From Candidatus Aerophobota bacterium (lineage in GTDB: Bacteria; Aerophobota; Aerophobia; Aerophobales; B47-G16): a stretch of DNA of 39,511 nt. This document shows, in pieces, positions 9,960 through 19,760 of the stretch; the first letter of the stretch is position 1, and each line of letters opens with the position of its first letter. The position numbers and the translations under genes were made by a program. The stretch is taken from positions 1 to 39,511 of the forward strand of contig QMPZ01000003.1 of the NCBI GenBank assembly GCA_003648815.1, read 5' to 3'. The notes below the pieces were generated by a model. That model was not told the origin of the DNA. It made no database searches and saw only the letters and a list, made by a program, of their open reading frames with translations.

Positions 9960-10412
9960 TCATCCTGGCTCACTTTTCAGCCAATCATCTTTTTCATAAG
10001 GGAAGATCTCCTCTGGCCCAAAAAGACAGGCAATCTCCTGCTGCGCAGATGAAGGAGAATCAGATCCATGGACTATATTTCTTCTCCCATCTGAGGCGTA
10101 TCTTCCCCTGATCGTCTCAGAACCGGCCTCCTCAGGCCTTCTTTCCCCAATAATCTCTCTTATCCTTCTGATCGCTCCCCTCCCCTCCACCACGAGGGCT
10201 ACCGAGGGAGCGGTGAGCATAAACTTGATCAAGCCGGGGAAGAAATGTTTTCCCTTATGCGGACGATAAAACTTCTCAGCTTTCTCCTCGTCAAAACGCA
10301 GCATCTTCAAACCCACTATCTTAAACCCTTCCTTTTCCACCCTTCTTATTACCTCACCGATCAACCCCTTACACACTCCATCCGGCTTAATTAAGACCAG
10401 CGTCCTTTCCAT
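9960..10412 (-). CDS. ndk: Nucleoside diphosphate kinase
   Basis: MERTLVLIKPDG and RNIVHGSDS (catalytic His). Start could be 10412 or 10424. Confidence 0.96.
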   Translation of the reverse strand: MERTLVLIKPDGVCKGLIGEVIRRVEKEGFKIVGLKMLRFDEEKAEKFYRPHKGKHFFPGLIKFMLTAPSVALVVEGRGAIRRIREIIGERRPEEAGSETIRGRYASDGRRNIVHGSDSPSSAQQEIACLFGPEEIFPYEKDDWLKSEPG

Positions 10413-10431
10413 CCTTCCATCCATCCCCTTA

Positions 10432-10914
10432 TCAGCCTTCTCCCTCACGGGGAATGGCTATCTTTCCCGTACGCACTAATTTCTTGATGCCAAAAGACTT
10501 CAGAAGGGAAAGAATTCCCTTAATTTTCTCCTCGCTACCTGTCGCCTCTATGATGAAGCTGTCAGGGTGGACGTCCACTATCCTTGCCCTGAAGATATCC
10601 ACTATACGCATAATTTCGGCTCTGTCCGCTCCCTTAGCCTTTACCTTTACCAAAATCAGCTCACGTTCTATCCTCTCCTTATCCGTCAGGTCCACCACCT
10701 TAATCACATCTATTAATTTACGCAGCTGCTTTATGACCTGCTCGATAATGCGATCGTCCCCTGGAACCACCAACGTCATACGAGATACGGTGGGATCCTC
10801 TGTCTCCCCCACTGCCAGACTATCAATGTTAAATCCTCGCGCACTGAACAGAGAGGAAATACGAGCCAATATCCCAAAGCGATTCTCAACTTCTACAGAG
10901 ATGACGTGTTTCAT
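10432..10914 (-). CDS. ilvN: Acetolactate synthase regulatory subunit
   Basis: [37 protein letters not shown] domain, [13 protein letters not shown]; TGATG coupling to ilvC. Confidence 0.96.
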   Translation of the reverse strand: MKHVISVEVENRFGILARISSLFSARGFNIDSLAVGETEDPTVSRMTLVVPGDDRIIEQVIKQLRKLIDVIKVVDLTDKERIERELILVKVKAKGADRAEIMRIVDIFRARIVDVHPDSFIIEATGSEEKIKGILSLLKSFGIKKLVRTGKIAIPREGEG

Positions 10915-11915
10915 CAATTTTTTCCACCCTTAATCCAGTTCATCATTCCCCGCAAATTTCTACCCACCTTCTCTATCAGGTGTTCCTCATCTTTTTTGGC
11001 CAGAGCGTTGAACACAGGACGTCCAGCTTTGTTCTCCAGAATCCATTCTCGAGCAAACTCTCCAGACTGAATCTCCTGCAATATCTTTTTCATTTCCTCT
11101 TTCGTCCTGTCCGTGATGATTCTGGGCCCTCGGGTGAGATCACCGTACTCGGCGGTATTACTGATGGCCGACCTCATCCCACTTAGCCCACTTTCTTGGA
11201 TTAGATCGGTGATTAGCTTCAGCTCATGCAGACACTCAAAGTAGGCCATCTCTGGCTGATAGCCAGCTTCCACAAGGGTCTCAAAGGCAGCCTTGATCAA
11301 GGCAGTGACTCCTCCGCAGAGGACAACCTGCTCTCCAAACAGGTCCGTCTCCGTCTCCTCCTTAAAGGTAGTCTCTATAACCCCAGCTCTGGTTCCCCCA
11401 ATTGCTTTAGCGTAGGCTAAAGCCAGCTGTTTGGCTGAGCCAGTGGCATCCTGCTCAACGGCGATCAGACAGGGAACACCTTTTCCCTCAAGATACATCG
11501 TCCGCACCAAAGCTCCTGGCCCTTTGGGAGCGACCATAAAGACGTCCACATCCTCAGGAGGAACAATCTGATGAAAATGGATGTTGAATCCATGAGAAAA
11601 GCCCAAGGCATTTCCCTTTTTCAGGTAAGGGGCTATGTCATTTTTATACATCTGTGCCTGGTATTCATCAGGGATCAGGATCTGGATGACATCAGCCCTC
11701 TGAGCTGCCTCTTTTGTCTCCATAACCTCAAAACCCGCTTCTTCAGCCTTCTTCCAATTCTCACTTCCCTTAAGATCCGCCACTATCACCCTTAGGCCGC
11801 TATCCTTTAAATTTTGCGCTTGCGCATGGCCCTGATTGCCATATCCGATGATGGCGATCGTCCTCTCCTTTAGAACTTCCAGACTTGCATCTTTTTCGTA
11901 ATAAATCTTAGCCAT
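10914..11915 (-). CDS. ilvC: Ketol-acid reductoisomerase
   Basis: [47 protein letters not shown]. Confidence 0.98.
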   Translation of the reverse strand: MAKIYYEKDASLEVLKERTIAIIGYGNQGHAQAQNLKDSGLRVIVADLKGSENWKKAEEAGFEVMETKEAAQRADVIQILIPDEYQAQMYKNDIAPYLKKGNALGFSHGFNIHFHQIVPPEDVDVFMVAPKGPGALVRTMYLEGKGVPCLIAVEQDATGSAKQLALAYAKAIGGTRAGVIETTFKEETETDLFGEQVVLCGGVTALIKAAFETLVEAGYQPEMAYFECLHELKLITDLIQESGLSGMRSAISNTAEYGDLTRGPRIITDRTKEEMKKILQEIQSGEFAREWILENKAGRPVFNALAKKDEEHLIEKVGRNLRGMMNWIKGGKN

Positions 11916-11926
11916 AACTTACCTCC

Positions 11927-12808
11927 TCAGCTTTCGTAAATGGGCGTTCCCTCTGAGTGAGCTAACTGCCGAAACTTGCCCATCAGCTTTTTGGTGACCT
12001 CGCCTATTTCTCCCTTTCCGATAACCCTTCCATCTACTCGTGTTACCGGAACGATCTCTGCTGCCGTCCCGGTAAGGAAGCATTCATCGCTTGCATAAAG
12101 CTCAGCCGGGGTAAATACTTCCTCTCGAACGGGAATTTTTTCCTCTTGAGCTAAATGAATTACCACATCCCGGGTAATACCCCTCAAGATCCCTACCCAG
12201 ACAGGGGGAGTGATCAAGGTTCCATCTTTCACGATGAATATGTTATCCCCTGTACACTCAGCTACATAGCCATCATTGTTGAGCATTATCGCCTCTGGTA
12301 CGCCTTTAGAGTTAGCCTCTATCTTGGCCAGGATATTGTTGAGATAGTTCAAGGATTTAATAGAAGGATCTAAGGCGGAAGGAATATTTCTCCGGGTGGA
12401 GACGATCACCACCTCCATGCCCTTCTGGTAAAGTTCTTCTGGATATATGCTTATCCTGTGAGCGATGATGATAACCTCCGGATGAGGACACTTAAGAGGG
12501 TCCAGACCGAGATCTCCCTTTCCCCGGGAGACAACTAAGCGGATATAAGCATCCTTGAGCCTGTTCTTTCTCAAGGTCTCCAGTACTTTCTCCTTCATCT
12601 CCTCCTTGGATAAGGGAATCTTTAAGGCAATGGCCTTGGCTGAAGCATACAATCTTTGAAGATGTTCCTCCAACTTAAAGACCCTCCCCCTATAAGCCCT
12701 TATCCCCTCGAAAACCCCATCGCCATAGAGAAAACCATGGTCAAAGACCGATATCCTTGCTTCCTCCTCAGGAACATATCTTCCATTCAAATAAATCCAC
12801 AATCCCAT
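11927..12808 (-). CDS. ilvE: Branched-chain amino acid aminotransferase (fold type IV)
   Basis: DHGFLYGDGVFEGIRAY, IKSLNYLNNIL (PLP Lys), GITR, TGTAAE. Confidence 0.95.
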   Translation of the reverse strand: MGLWIYLNGRYVPEEEARISVFDHGFLYGDGVFEGIRAYRGRVFKLEEHLQRLYASAKAIALKIPLSKEEMKEKVLETLRKNRLKDAYIRLVVSRGKGDLGLDPLKCPHPEVIIIAHRISIYPEELYQKGMEVVIVSTRRNIPSALDPSIKSLNYLNNILAKIEANSKGVPEAIMLNNDGYVAECTGDNIFIVKDGTLITPPVWVGILRGITRDVVIHLAQEEKIPVREEVFTPAELYASDECFLTGTAAEIVPVTRVDGRVIGKGEIGEVTKKLMGKFRQLAHSEGTPIYES

Positions 12809-12850
12809 CTTAAACTCCTTATCTCTATAATGCCACCAAGGGCTAAATTT

Positions 12851-14296
12851 CTACTTCGGCCTCATCTGTGGAAAAAGGATTACATCTCGAATAGATGAAG
12901 AGTTGGTCAACAGCATCACCAACCTATCTATTCCTATTCCCAAGCCTCCTGTGGGAGGCATCCCATATTCCATCGCTTCCAAAAAATCTTCATCCAGGGA
13001 CTTATCTTCTGCCTTTGCCTTCAGGAATCTTTCTCTCTGCTCAATGGGATCGTTTAACTCGGAATAGGCATTTCCTATCTCCTCCCCCCCTATGAATATC
13101 TCAAAGCGTTCAATTAAAGAAGGCTCATCCTTCTTTCTCTTTGCCAGAGGACAGGTCTCCTCAGGATAATCAAGGATAAAGGTGGGCTGGATCAAGTTTG
13201 GAACGACCTTCTTATCTAAGAGGTGTTCAAGTATCTGGTCCTTTCTCAAACCCTCTACCTTCAATCCCGCCTTTGAGGCAGCCTCCTTGAGGGCTTCCTC
13301 ATTCTCATAGTTGACTTCCAACCCTCCTATCTCCTTGAGAGCCGCCTTAAACGTCATCCTCCTCCAGGGGGGAGAAAGATCAATTTCACTTCCTTGATAG
13401 TTGATCTTAAGGCTACCGTTAACCTTCTTTGCCACCTCACAGATGAGTTTTTCGGACAGTTCCATCATCTCCTTATAATCACTGTAGGCAGAGTAAATCT
13501 CCAGCATTGTAAACTCGGGATTGTGGAATCGATCCATCCCCTCGTTTCTGAAATTTCTATTTAGCTCGTATATCTTCTCCAATCCTCCCACCACCAACTT
13601 CTTCAGATAAAGCTCAGGGGCTATTCTGAGATAAAAATCCTTGTCTAAGGCATAATGGTGAGTCCGAAAAGGTCTTGCCGTAGCGCCCCCTGGAACAGGC
13701 TGCATCATCGGAGTTTCCACCTCAAGATACCCTCTCCTGTCCAGAAAATCTCTTATGCATTTAATTATTGCTCCACGTTTGAGAAAGGTCTTCTTAACCT
13801 CGGGGTTAAAAAGTAGATCCAGATAGCGCTTGCGATAACGTAGTTCTATGTCCTGTAGACCATGCCACTTTTCAGGAAGAGGACGAAGGGATTTGGCAAG
13901 GAGGAAAAACTCCGAGACATCAATGGTGAGCTCACCTGTCCTGGTCTTGAAAACCTTTCCCTTCACTCCAATGATATCACCCAGCTCGAGCTTTTTAAAG
14001 AGAGAATATCTTTCCTTCAGGATGTCCTTGCGAGCATAAGCCTGGATCTTACCCGAGCCATCTCTTATATCAATAAACATAGCCTTTCCATGTCCTCGCT
14101 GGGCAACAATCCTTCCCCCAAGACGAACCTCTATATCTACACCTTCTCCTGCCTTAAGGTTGCCGTATTTGTCGCGTATCTTTTGAGTAGAATGATCGGG
14201 TGAAAACTTTACCCAATAAGGATTGCCCTCCTTTTCCATCCATTCCCTTAGCTTTTTCTTCCTTACCTCGATTAGCCTATTCTTATCCGGTCCCAT
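12851..14296 (-). CDS. lysS: Lysine--tRNA ligase (class II)
   Basis: PLPEKWHGL, YLRIAPELYLK, FRNEG, HNPEFTMLE, YGMPPTGGLGIGIDRL. Confidence 0.98.
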   Translation of the reverse strand: MGPDKNRLIEVRKKKLREWMEKEGNPYWVKFSPDHSTQKIRDKYGNLKAGEGVDIEVRLGGRIVAQRGHGKAMFIDIRDGSGKIQAYARKDILKERYSLFKKLELGDIIGVKGKVFKTRTGELTIDVSEFFLLAKSLRPLPEKWHGLQDIELRYRKRYLDLLFNPEVKKTFLKRGAIIKCIRDFLDRRGYLEVETPMMQPVPGGATARPFRTHHYALDKDFYLRIAPELYLKKLVVGGLEKIYELNRNFRNEGMDRFHNPEFTMLEIYSAYSDYKEMMELSEKLICEVAKKVNGSLKINYQGSEIDLSPPWRRMTFKAALKEIGGLEVNYENEEALKEAASKAGLKVEGLRKDQILEHLLDKKVVPNLIQPTFILDYPEETCPLAKRKKDEPSLIERFEIFIGGEEIGNAYSELNDPIEQRERFLKAKAEDKSLDEDFLEAMEYGMPPTGGLGIGIDRLVMLLTNSSSIRDVILFPQMRPK

Positions 14297-14343
14297 CCTA
14301 ACTTCCTTTTTCTAAACTCATTTATAGACCATAATTTTGCCTT

Positions 14344-14371
14344 ATTTTATATAGATTTAATCTTTTGTCAA
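14344..14371 (-). promoter_or_regulatory. sigma70 promoter upstream of lysS
   Basis: TTGACA (14371-14366), 16 bp, TAAAAT (14349-14344). Confidence 0.7.
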
Positions 14372-14413
14372 CAAACGCTTTTTAGGAGGGAGGTTCCGTA
14401 AAGGAAAGGCCAT

Positions 14414-15286
14414 TTAAACTTTTAAAATTCTTCTCATAAAAAGAGTAATAAACCGAACAGCATCCACATCAAGACACACCTTAACGTTAGAAGCTTTCTC
14501 CTTTGAGGTGAGGGTAAATCCCCGGGTAAATTCGCCTCTGGTTTCCACATTCACTTTCCTGGGCTCCATTTTCACCAAAGTTTGGTCAAAGGACACCGCT
14601 ACAGCTAAGGGATCGTGCAGGATAGGATATACTCTGCCGGTTGATCTTTGCCATGCTCTTATCATATCCATTAAAAGATGGGTGGTGGGGGAAGCTTTTT
14701 TGGCCAAGCTATTTAGTTCCTCCTGTCCGAGCTTACATTTGGTCGTCACATCTAAACCTACCATAATGACCTGTATCCCCGATTCAAGAACAATTCTCGC
14801 CGCCTCAGGATCGCATCTAACGTTATATTCAGCTTGTTGCCTGTTAACTGCTCCCCCCATCATGACCAATTTAGCTTTTCTGGCTAAATCAGGCTCTTTT
14901 ACAAGTGCCGCAGCTACATTAGTAAGGGGTCCGATGGTGACGATGATAGGATGCTCACAAGCCATAACCTGAGAGATGATGAGGTCCACTGCAGCCTGTC
15001 TTGAAGGAGCCGCCAAGATTTCCCTTTCATCAAGCACCACTGCCTGATTCACTTGGTCAGTTCTCTCCTTTCCAAGGAGTGGTCTTTTAATTCCCACACC
15101 TACCGGTATATCTTCCCTGCCAAAGGCCTTCAGTAATTTAAGCACCAGCTTAGCCCTGGTCTTTGTATCTCCATAGACTGTGGTGATCGCCTTAACGTCA
15201 AGCTCAGGGCAACTTAAGGCAAATCCAATGGCTAAGGCATCATCTACATCATCTCCTATATCTGTGTCAATGAGGATATTTATCAT
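14414..15286 (-). CDS. Nucleoside hydrolase (IU-NH family)
   Basis: DTDIGDDVDD Asp cluster, GPLTN, AEYNVRCDPEAA, LHDPLA; GGGAGG SD. Confidence 0.9.
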   Translation of the reverse strand: MINILIDTDIGDDVDDALAIGFALSCPELDVKAITTVYGDTKTRAKLVLKLLKAFGREDIPVGVGIKRPLLGKERTDQVNQAVVLDEREILAAPSRQAAVDLIISQVMACEHPIIVTIGPLTNVAAALVKEPDLARKAKLVMMGGAVNRQQAEYNVRCDPEAARIVLESGIQVIMVGLDVTTKCKLGQEELNSLAKKASPTTHLLMDMIRAWQRSTGRVYPILHDPLAVAVSFDQTLVKMEPRKVNVETRGEFTRGFTLTSKEKASNVKVCLDVDAVRFITLFMRRILKV

Positions 15287-15337
15287 CTCCCAAACCTCCC
15301 TATTAAGGATATATAATATAGAGCTTTAAGTTTGTCG

Positions 15338-16039
15338 TTACGGCTTAAGAAAGCTCTCAAGTCCCTGCTCGACAAAGCTAAAGTAACCATTTTTTCCTAC
15401 GATGATATGATCCACAACTTTAATATCCACCATTTCTGCAGCCTCGGCGATGGTGGAGGTAATTCTTTTATCCTCGCTTGAAGCCTGAGGATGTCCACTG
15501 GGATGGTTGTGCACGAGAAGTAGTCCTGCAGCATGGTGAGCTAAGGCAGATTCTATGATGCGTCGAGGATAGATCACCGCTCTGTCAATCGTCCCCTCAT
15601 GAACTACCTCATAGTCAATAACCTCGTTTTTAACGTTAAGGTAAATCACCATAAAGGCTTCATAAGATAGAGCGGCAAGTTTTGCCCGGGCAAAACTTGC
15701 CGCTGTCCGGGGCGAGGAAAGAAGATCTTTTCCCTCCATCTTCTCACTAAGATAAACACACAAAATTTCCTTCACCAACTTTATGAGAATAGCCGACGAT
15801 GGACCAACGTCGAGAACACCCTCAAGCTCCTCTAAGCTGGCATCAAAGACAGCACCAAGACTTCCAAACCGTCTAATGAGACGTTTTGCAACAGGTTTTA
15901 CATCTTTACGGGGAATGGCATAGGTCAGGAGGAGCTCGAGGAGCTCGTAGCTATGAAGTCCTCCTGCACCTGCCTTTTGAAAACGTCTCCTGAGGCGTTC
16001 CCTGTGACCCAAATAATGAGGCTTGCTCTTTTCCTCCAT
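15338..16039 (-). CDS. radC: RadC family JAB-domain protein
   Basis: GHRERLR, ELLELLL, HhH region, GTIDRAVIYPR, HNHPSG, DHII. Start at 16039, 2 nt after the upstream stop. Confidence 0.92.
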   Translation of the reverse strand: MEEKSKPHYLGHRERLRRRFQKAGAGGLHSYELLELLLTYAIPRKDVKPVAKRLIRRFGSLGAVFDASLEELEGVLDVGPSSAILIKLVKEILCVYLSEKMEGKDLLSSPRTAASFARAKLAALSYEAFMVIYLNVKNEVIDYEVVHEGTIDRAVIYPRRIIESALAHHAAGLLLVHNHPSGHPQASSEDKRITSTIAEAAEMVDIKVVDHIIVGKNGYFSFVEQGLESFLKP

Positions 16040-16041
16040 TT

Positions 16042-16848
16042 TTAAGCTGTGTATTTGCTTAAAAAGCTTTCCCACAGAAGGGCAAGGTCGTCTCCCTTCA
16101 TCTCTACCTTGCTTATGTCCTTCCTTGTTACTCCCTCTATGGCCGATGCCTTACGGGCAGAGGACTCATCATAGAACTCTATCTCTATGGTATAAGGAGG
16201 ATTAACCTTATAGGGTTTAAAATCGTTTATTCTTTTTAGGGCCGCCTTAGCTTTTTCCCTGATGAGCTTACTCGTCTTCGAGGGAGGAAGACAGAGAGCA
16301 CCGTGCTCGCCTGCAGCATACTTCACACAAGCCTGCTCAAAATCCCCAACTAAATCCCCTGCCTCCTTCATCGCCGCAGAATCTCCACTTATCATCACCA
16401 AAGGAACATTTCTTGTTCCAGCGATAGATGCTTCCAGGCCAATTTCCCCCATTAATATCCCATTAAGTCGCAGGGCCTTCATATCCAGGGTATAAGTATG
16501 AGGAAGAAGGCCTTCCTTGGTCTGGGCCATAGAGTGAAAGCCTATCATAATTAAAGCGTCAAAGCTTTCATCCAAACCTGCCGGCGGAGCTATCTTCGGG
16601 GGCTTCCCCATAACCACTTCTGCCTCAGGAGGAACCTCGCTTAAAATCACATTAAGGCCGTAGTAATGCATATCGTAGACGACAACCTTCCTTGCTCCTC
16701 CCTCTATGGCTCCCTCTATGGCTGAGTTCAGATCTGACATTAAAAGCTTTCTCATCTCCTCATATCCCGGACAGCCTGGCTTAACCTGTCTTTCATGATC
16801 AACTACACCGGTTATGCCCTCGCCGTCAAGTAGAATATACACCTTCAT
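16042..16848 (-). CDS. M55 family metallopeptidase (DppA D-aminopeptidase-like)
   Basis: MKVYILLDGEGITG (DxE), DMH, IGFH, PHTY, MGE, SGD. Alternative start at 16857. Confidence 0.88.
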   Translation of the reverse strand: MKVYILLDGEGITGVVDHERQVKPGCPGYEEMRKLLMSDLNSAIEGAIEGGARKVVVYDMHYYGLNVILSEVPPEAEVVMGKPPKIAPPAGLDESFDALIMIGFHSMAQTKEGLLPHTYTLDMKALRLNGILMGEIGLEASIAGTRNVPLVMISGDSAAMKEAGDLVGDFEQACVKYAAGEHGALCLPPSKTSKLIREKAKAALKRINDFKPYKVNPPYTIEIEFYDESSARKASAIEGVTRKDISKVEMKGDDLALLWESFLSKYTA

Positions 16849-16863
16849 TTCATTCAAACTCCT

Positions 16864-17895
16864 TTAAGGGACGAGCATTATCTTGCATCCCTCACCTGAG
16901 ATGGCTACTCTGAAAGCCTCTTCAAAATCCTGTAGGGAAAATTTATGGGTGACCATAGGCTCGACATTGAGCTTTCCCGTGGAAAGCAGGTTCTCAGCTA
17001 TCTCCCAGGTCTTCCAAATTTGCCTTCCCCACAGTCCAACAATTTTTGCCTCCTTGAAGATGATCTGGGATGAGACATCTATCTTTAAGGGTCTTTGAGG
17101 ATGTCCTATGGTAAATAGCTTTCCTCCTACCCTCAGGTAACCAAACGCCCTCTCCAGAGCCTCAGCATTACCTGAGGCCTCTATTATCACTCCTGCTCCA
17201 TTTCCCTCGGTCAACGACAAAACTTTCTCTACCACCGACTCCTTTTGGGGATTGATCAGATGAGTTGCTCCCATCTTGCTGGCTATATCCAGCCTTTTCT
17301 CGTTGATGTCTATGGCAATGACCTTCTCAGCTCCCCTTATTCTGGAGATGCCTATAGCGAACTGTCCTATAGGCCCGCACCCTATGATCACAACTGAGTC
17401 ACCTTCTACCTCTCCTTCATATACCGCTCTGAGAGGAATTCCCATAGGTTCGAGAAGACAACCTTTCTCAAGGGGAAATTCCTCAGGTAGTTTCCTGGTG
17501 GATATCTCAGGTATTATACAGTACTCAGCAAAACATCCGTTTACCGTATGACCAAAAAGTTCCATATTCTGGCAGGTATGGGGACGGTTATGCCTGCACT
17601 GCCAGCATTTTCCACAGGGAATATGAGTCTCTGCTGCCACCTTATCGCCCACCTTAATGCCTTTTACACCCTTTCCCACCTTCACCACCTCTCCCGAGCA
17701 CTCATGACCGGGGATGAAGGGAAGGGATTTGACCACACTTTTGCACCAGGGAGTCCATTCATATAGCTTCAGGTCCGAACCACATATTGCCGTGGCCCTC
17801 ACCTTGACGAGGACCTGCCCCTCCTCGGGCTCAGGTATGGGAAGGTCCTCAAGCTCAAAACCTAAACTTTCCTTCTTTTTTAAAATTGCCTTCAC
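16864..17895 (-). CDS. Zn-dependent dehydrogenase, L-threonine 3-dehydrogenase-like
   Basis: ICGSD, GHE, ETHIPCGKCWQC..C, GCGPIG; C-terminal GRQIWKTW resembles Tdh. Substrate uncertain. Confidence 0.85.
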   Translation of the reverse strand: MKAILKKKESLGFELEDLPIPEPEEGQVLVKVRATAICGSDLKLYEWTPWCKSVVKSLPFIPGHECSGEVVKVGKGVKGIKVGDKVAAETHIPCGKCWQCRHNRPHTCQNMELFGHTVNGCFAEYCIIPEISTRKLPEEFPLEKGCLLEPMGIPLRAVYEGEVEGDSVVIIGCGPIGQFAIGISRIRGAEKVIAIDINEKRLDIASKMGATHLINPQKESVVEKVLSLTEGNGAGVIIEASGNAEALERAFGYLRVGGKLFTIGHPQRPLKIDVSSQIIFKEAKIVGLWGRQIWKTWEIAENLLSTGKLNVEPMVTHKFSLQDFEEAFRVAISGEGCKIMLVP

Positions 17896-17919
17896 ACAAG
17901 CTCTCCTTCCCGCCTGCCT

Positions 17920-18933
17920 TTATGGCTTTATAAGGATCTTTACCCTATCCGCATCTTCTCGATAAGCCCTTATGGCCTCGCCAAATTTATCCAGTCCGAA
18001 CCTGTGCGTTATGAGCTCATGTGCCCTTATCCTGCCTTCTGCAAGAAGTCTGATCGCCCTTTCCATGGTGTAGGGATTAACGAAGGAACCCTTGATGGTG
18101 ATCTCATTTTCGTAGATATAAAAGGGATTTATTCTCACCCTTGTCTTGGGGTCGGCCACTCCAAACCAGATTACAGTTCCTCCTGGCTCCACCAGCTTCA
18201 AAGACTGTTCCTCTGTTTGAAGGGTTCCCACGCATTCCATAACCACCTCAGCTTTTCCCCTTAAGAAATTCTCAATCTCCCTCTCTACATCTGCCTGAGA
18301 GGGGTCTAATGCTAAGTTCGCCCCTAATTGAAGAGCAAGCTTCCTCCTTTTCTCGATGGTGTCGGTGATTACAACCCTGTCAGCTCCAGAGATCCTCACC
18401 AGTTGCAGGATGAGCAGTCCAATAGGACCGGCTCCCAGGATGACCACGGAATTTCCCGTCTTAATCTGTGCCAGATCTACTCCATGTATGCAGCAGGACA
18501 GGGGCTCAGCAAAGGAGGCAAGTTCTAAATCAAGTTTTTCAGGAAGGTGATACACCACAACCTCCTTAGCCTTAACATATTCAGCAAATCCCCCATCAGT
18601 GGTGACCCCCAGACGAGTGGGCAAGAGGCAAAGATGCTGCTGGCCTTTTCGACAATACCTACATTTTTCGCAGGCGAGGTTGGGATTTACGGTGACGCGA
18701 TCTCCTATCTTAAAGTCCTTTACTCCTTCTCCTACCTCCTCGACCACCCCGGCGAACTCATGCCCTGGAATTAATGGGAAATTGGCCGGAAAAACTCCTT
18801 CATATATGTGAACGTCCGTTCCACAGATGCCACAGCTGTCCACCTTTATCAGCACCTCATCAACTCCCACTTTGGGAACGGGAACATCTTTCAAACCCCA
18901 CCTGCCCTTCTCCTCAAACACAATGGCCTTCAC
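17920..18933 (-). CDS. Zn-dependent MDR alcohol/polyol dehydrogenase
   Basis: GICGTD, GHE, CEKCRYC..C, EPLSC, GAGPIG. GTG start at 18933 with AGAGG SD. Confidence 0.9.
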   Translation of the reverse strand: MKAIVFEEKGRWGLKDVPVPKVGVDEVLIKVDSCGICGTDVHIYEGVFPANFPLIPGHEFAGVVEEVGEGVKDFKIGDRVTVNPNLACEKCRYCRKGQQHLCLLPTRLGVTTDGGFAEYVKAKEVVVYHLPEKLDLELASFAEPLSCCIHGVDLAQIKTGNSVVILGAGPIGLLILQLVRISGADRVVITDTIEKRRKLALQLGANLALDPSQADVEREIENFLRGKAEVVMECVGTLQTEEQSLKLVEPGGTVIWFGVADPKTRVRINPFYIYENEITIKGSFVNPYTMERAIRLLAEGRIRAHELITHRFGLDKFGEAIRAYREDADRVKILIKP

Positions 18934-18944
18934 CTTTTTCCTCT

Positions 18945-19715
18945 TTAAAGATACTTTTTGCAAAGCTCAATTGACCTGGTTACTCCTTCCTCCTCATCTC
19001 CCTTGCCTTCAAATTCAATGCTCAGCCATCCGTCAAATCCTGCCTTTTTCAAGATGTTTATACAGCGGGAAGCATCAATTCTGGTATCTTCTCCGTTTTC
19101 ATCAAACTCGTAGAACTTGGCGTGGACAAATTTGGCGTATTTGGCTATCTTCTCCAATGCACTGTAGCGAACCTCATCAGGGAAATTACCAAAATCAGGG
19201 CAGGTGCCTATTCCCTTTTTCACCTCCTCAACTATTCTGACGATGATGTCAGGATCGCCACTGATGCCTCCATGATTTTCGATGAGGACACTGATCCCTT
19301 CTCTTTCTGCCTCCTGACATAGCTCGGAGAAGCTCTTAATGCATGCCTTGATGACGTCTTCGTTAACTTTTCCATATCCACCGGCATTTGCTCGAAACGA
19401 TGGAGAGCCAATCTTTTTGGCGATGTATATCCACTTTTTATGGTTTTCTACCGCTTGCCGGCGAGCTTTCTCATCCAAGGAGGCAAGGTCTCCTTCACTG
19501 TCCACGGCGATGTTCCCCACCTTCATTCCGCACTCCTCCACCCTTTCCCTCAACCTTTCAAGGTAATCATCCTCTAAGGATTCAAAGAAGGGAGAGTTGA
19601 GTTCGATCCCCTTTACTCCGAATTTTTCCCTCACCTCCTTTGGAAAATCCAAAAGCTTCAACTTGCCTTCTTGAAAGCGCCTGTGCAGGCTCCATCCCGA
19701 AACAGCTATCTTCAT
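18945..19715 (-). CDS. Xylose isomerase-like TIM barrel protein (sugar phosphate isomerase/epimerase family)
   Basis: IENHGG, PDFGNF, HAK and SIEFEG metal-binding pattern; AAGGAGG SD. Confidence 0.88.
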   Translation of the reverse strand: MKIAVSGWSLHRRFQEGKLKLLDFPKEVREKFGVKGIELNSPFFESLEDDYLERLRERVEECGMKVGNIAVDSEGDLASLDEKARRQAVENHKKWIYIAKKIGSPSFRANAGGYGKVNEDVIKACIKSFSELCQEAEREGISVLIENHGGISGDPDIIVRIVEEVKKGIGTCPDFGNFPDEVRYSALEKIAKYAKFVHAKFYEFDENGEDTRIDASRCINILKKAGFDGWLSIEFEGKGDEEEGVTRSIELCKKYL

Positions 19716-19760
19716 CTAAACCTCCTTATATGAAATTGAGAAAAGGCCAAAAAATCCTCT

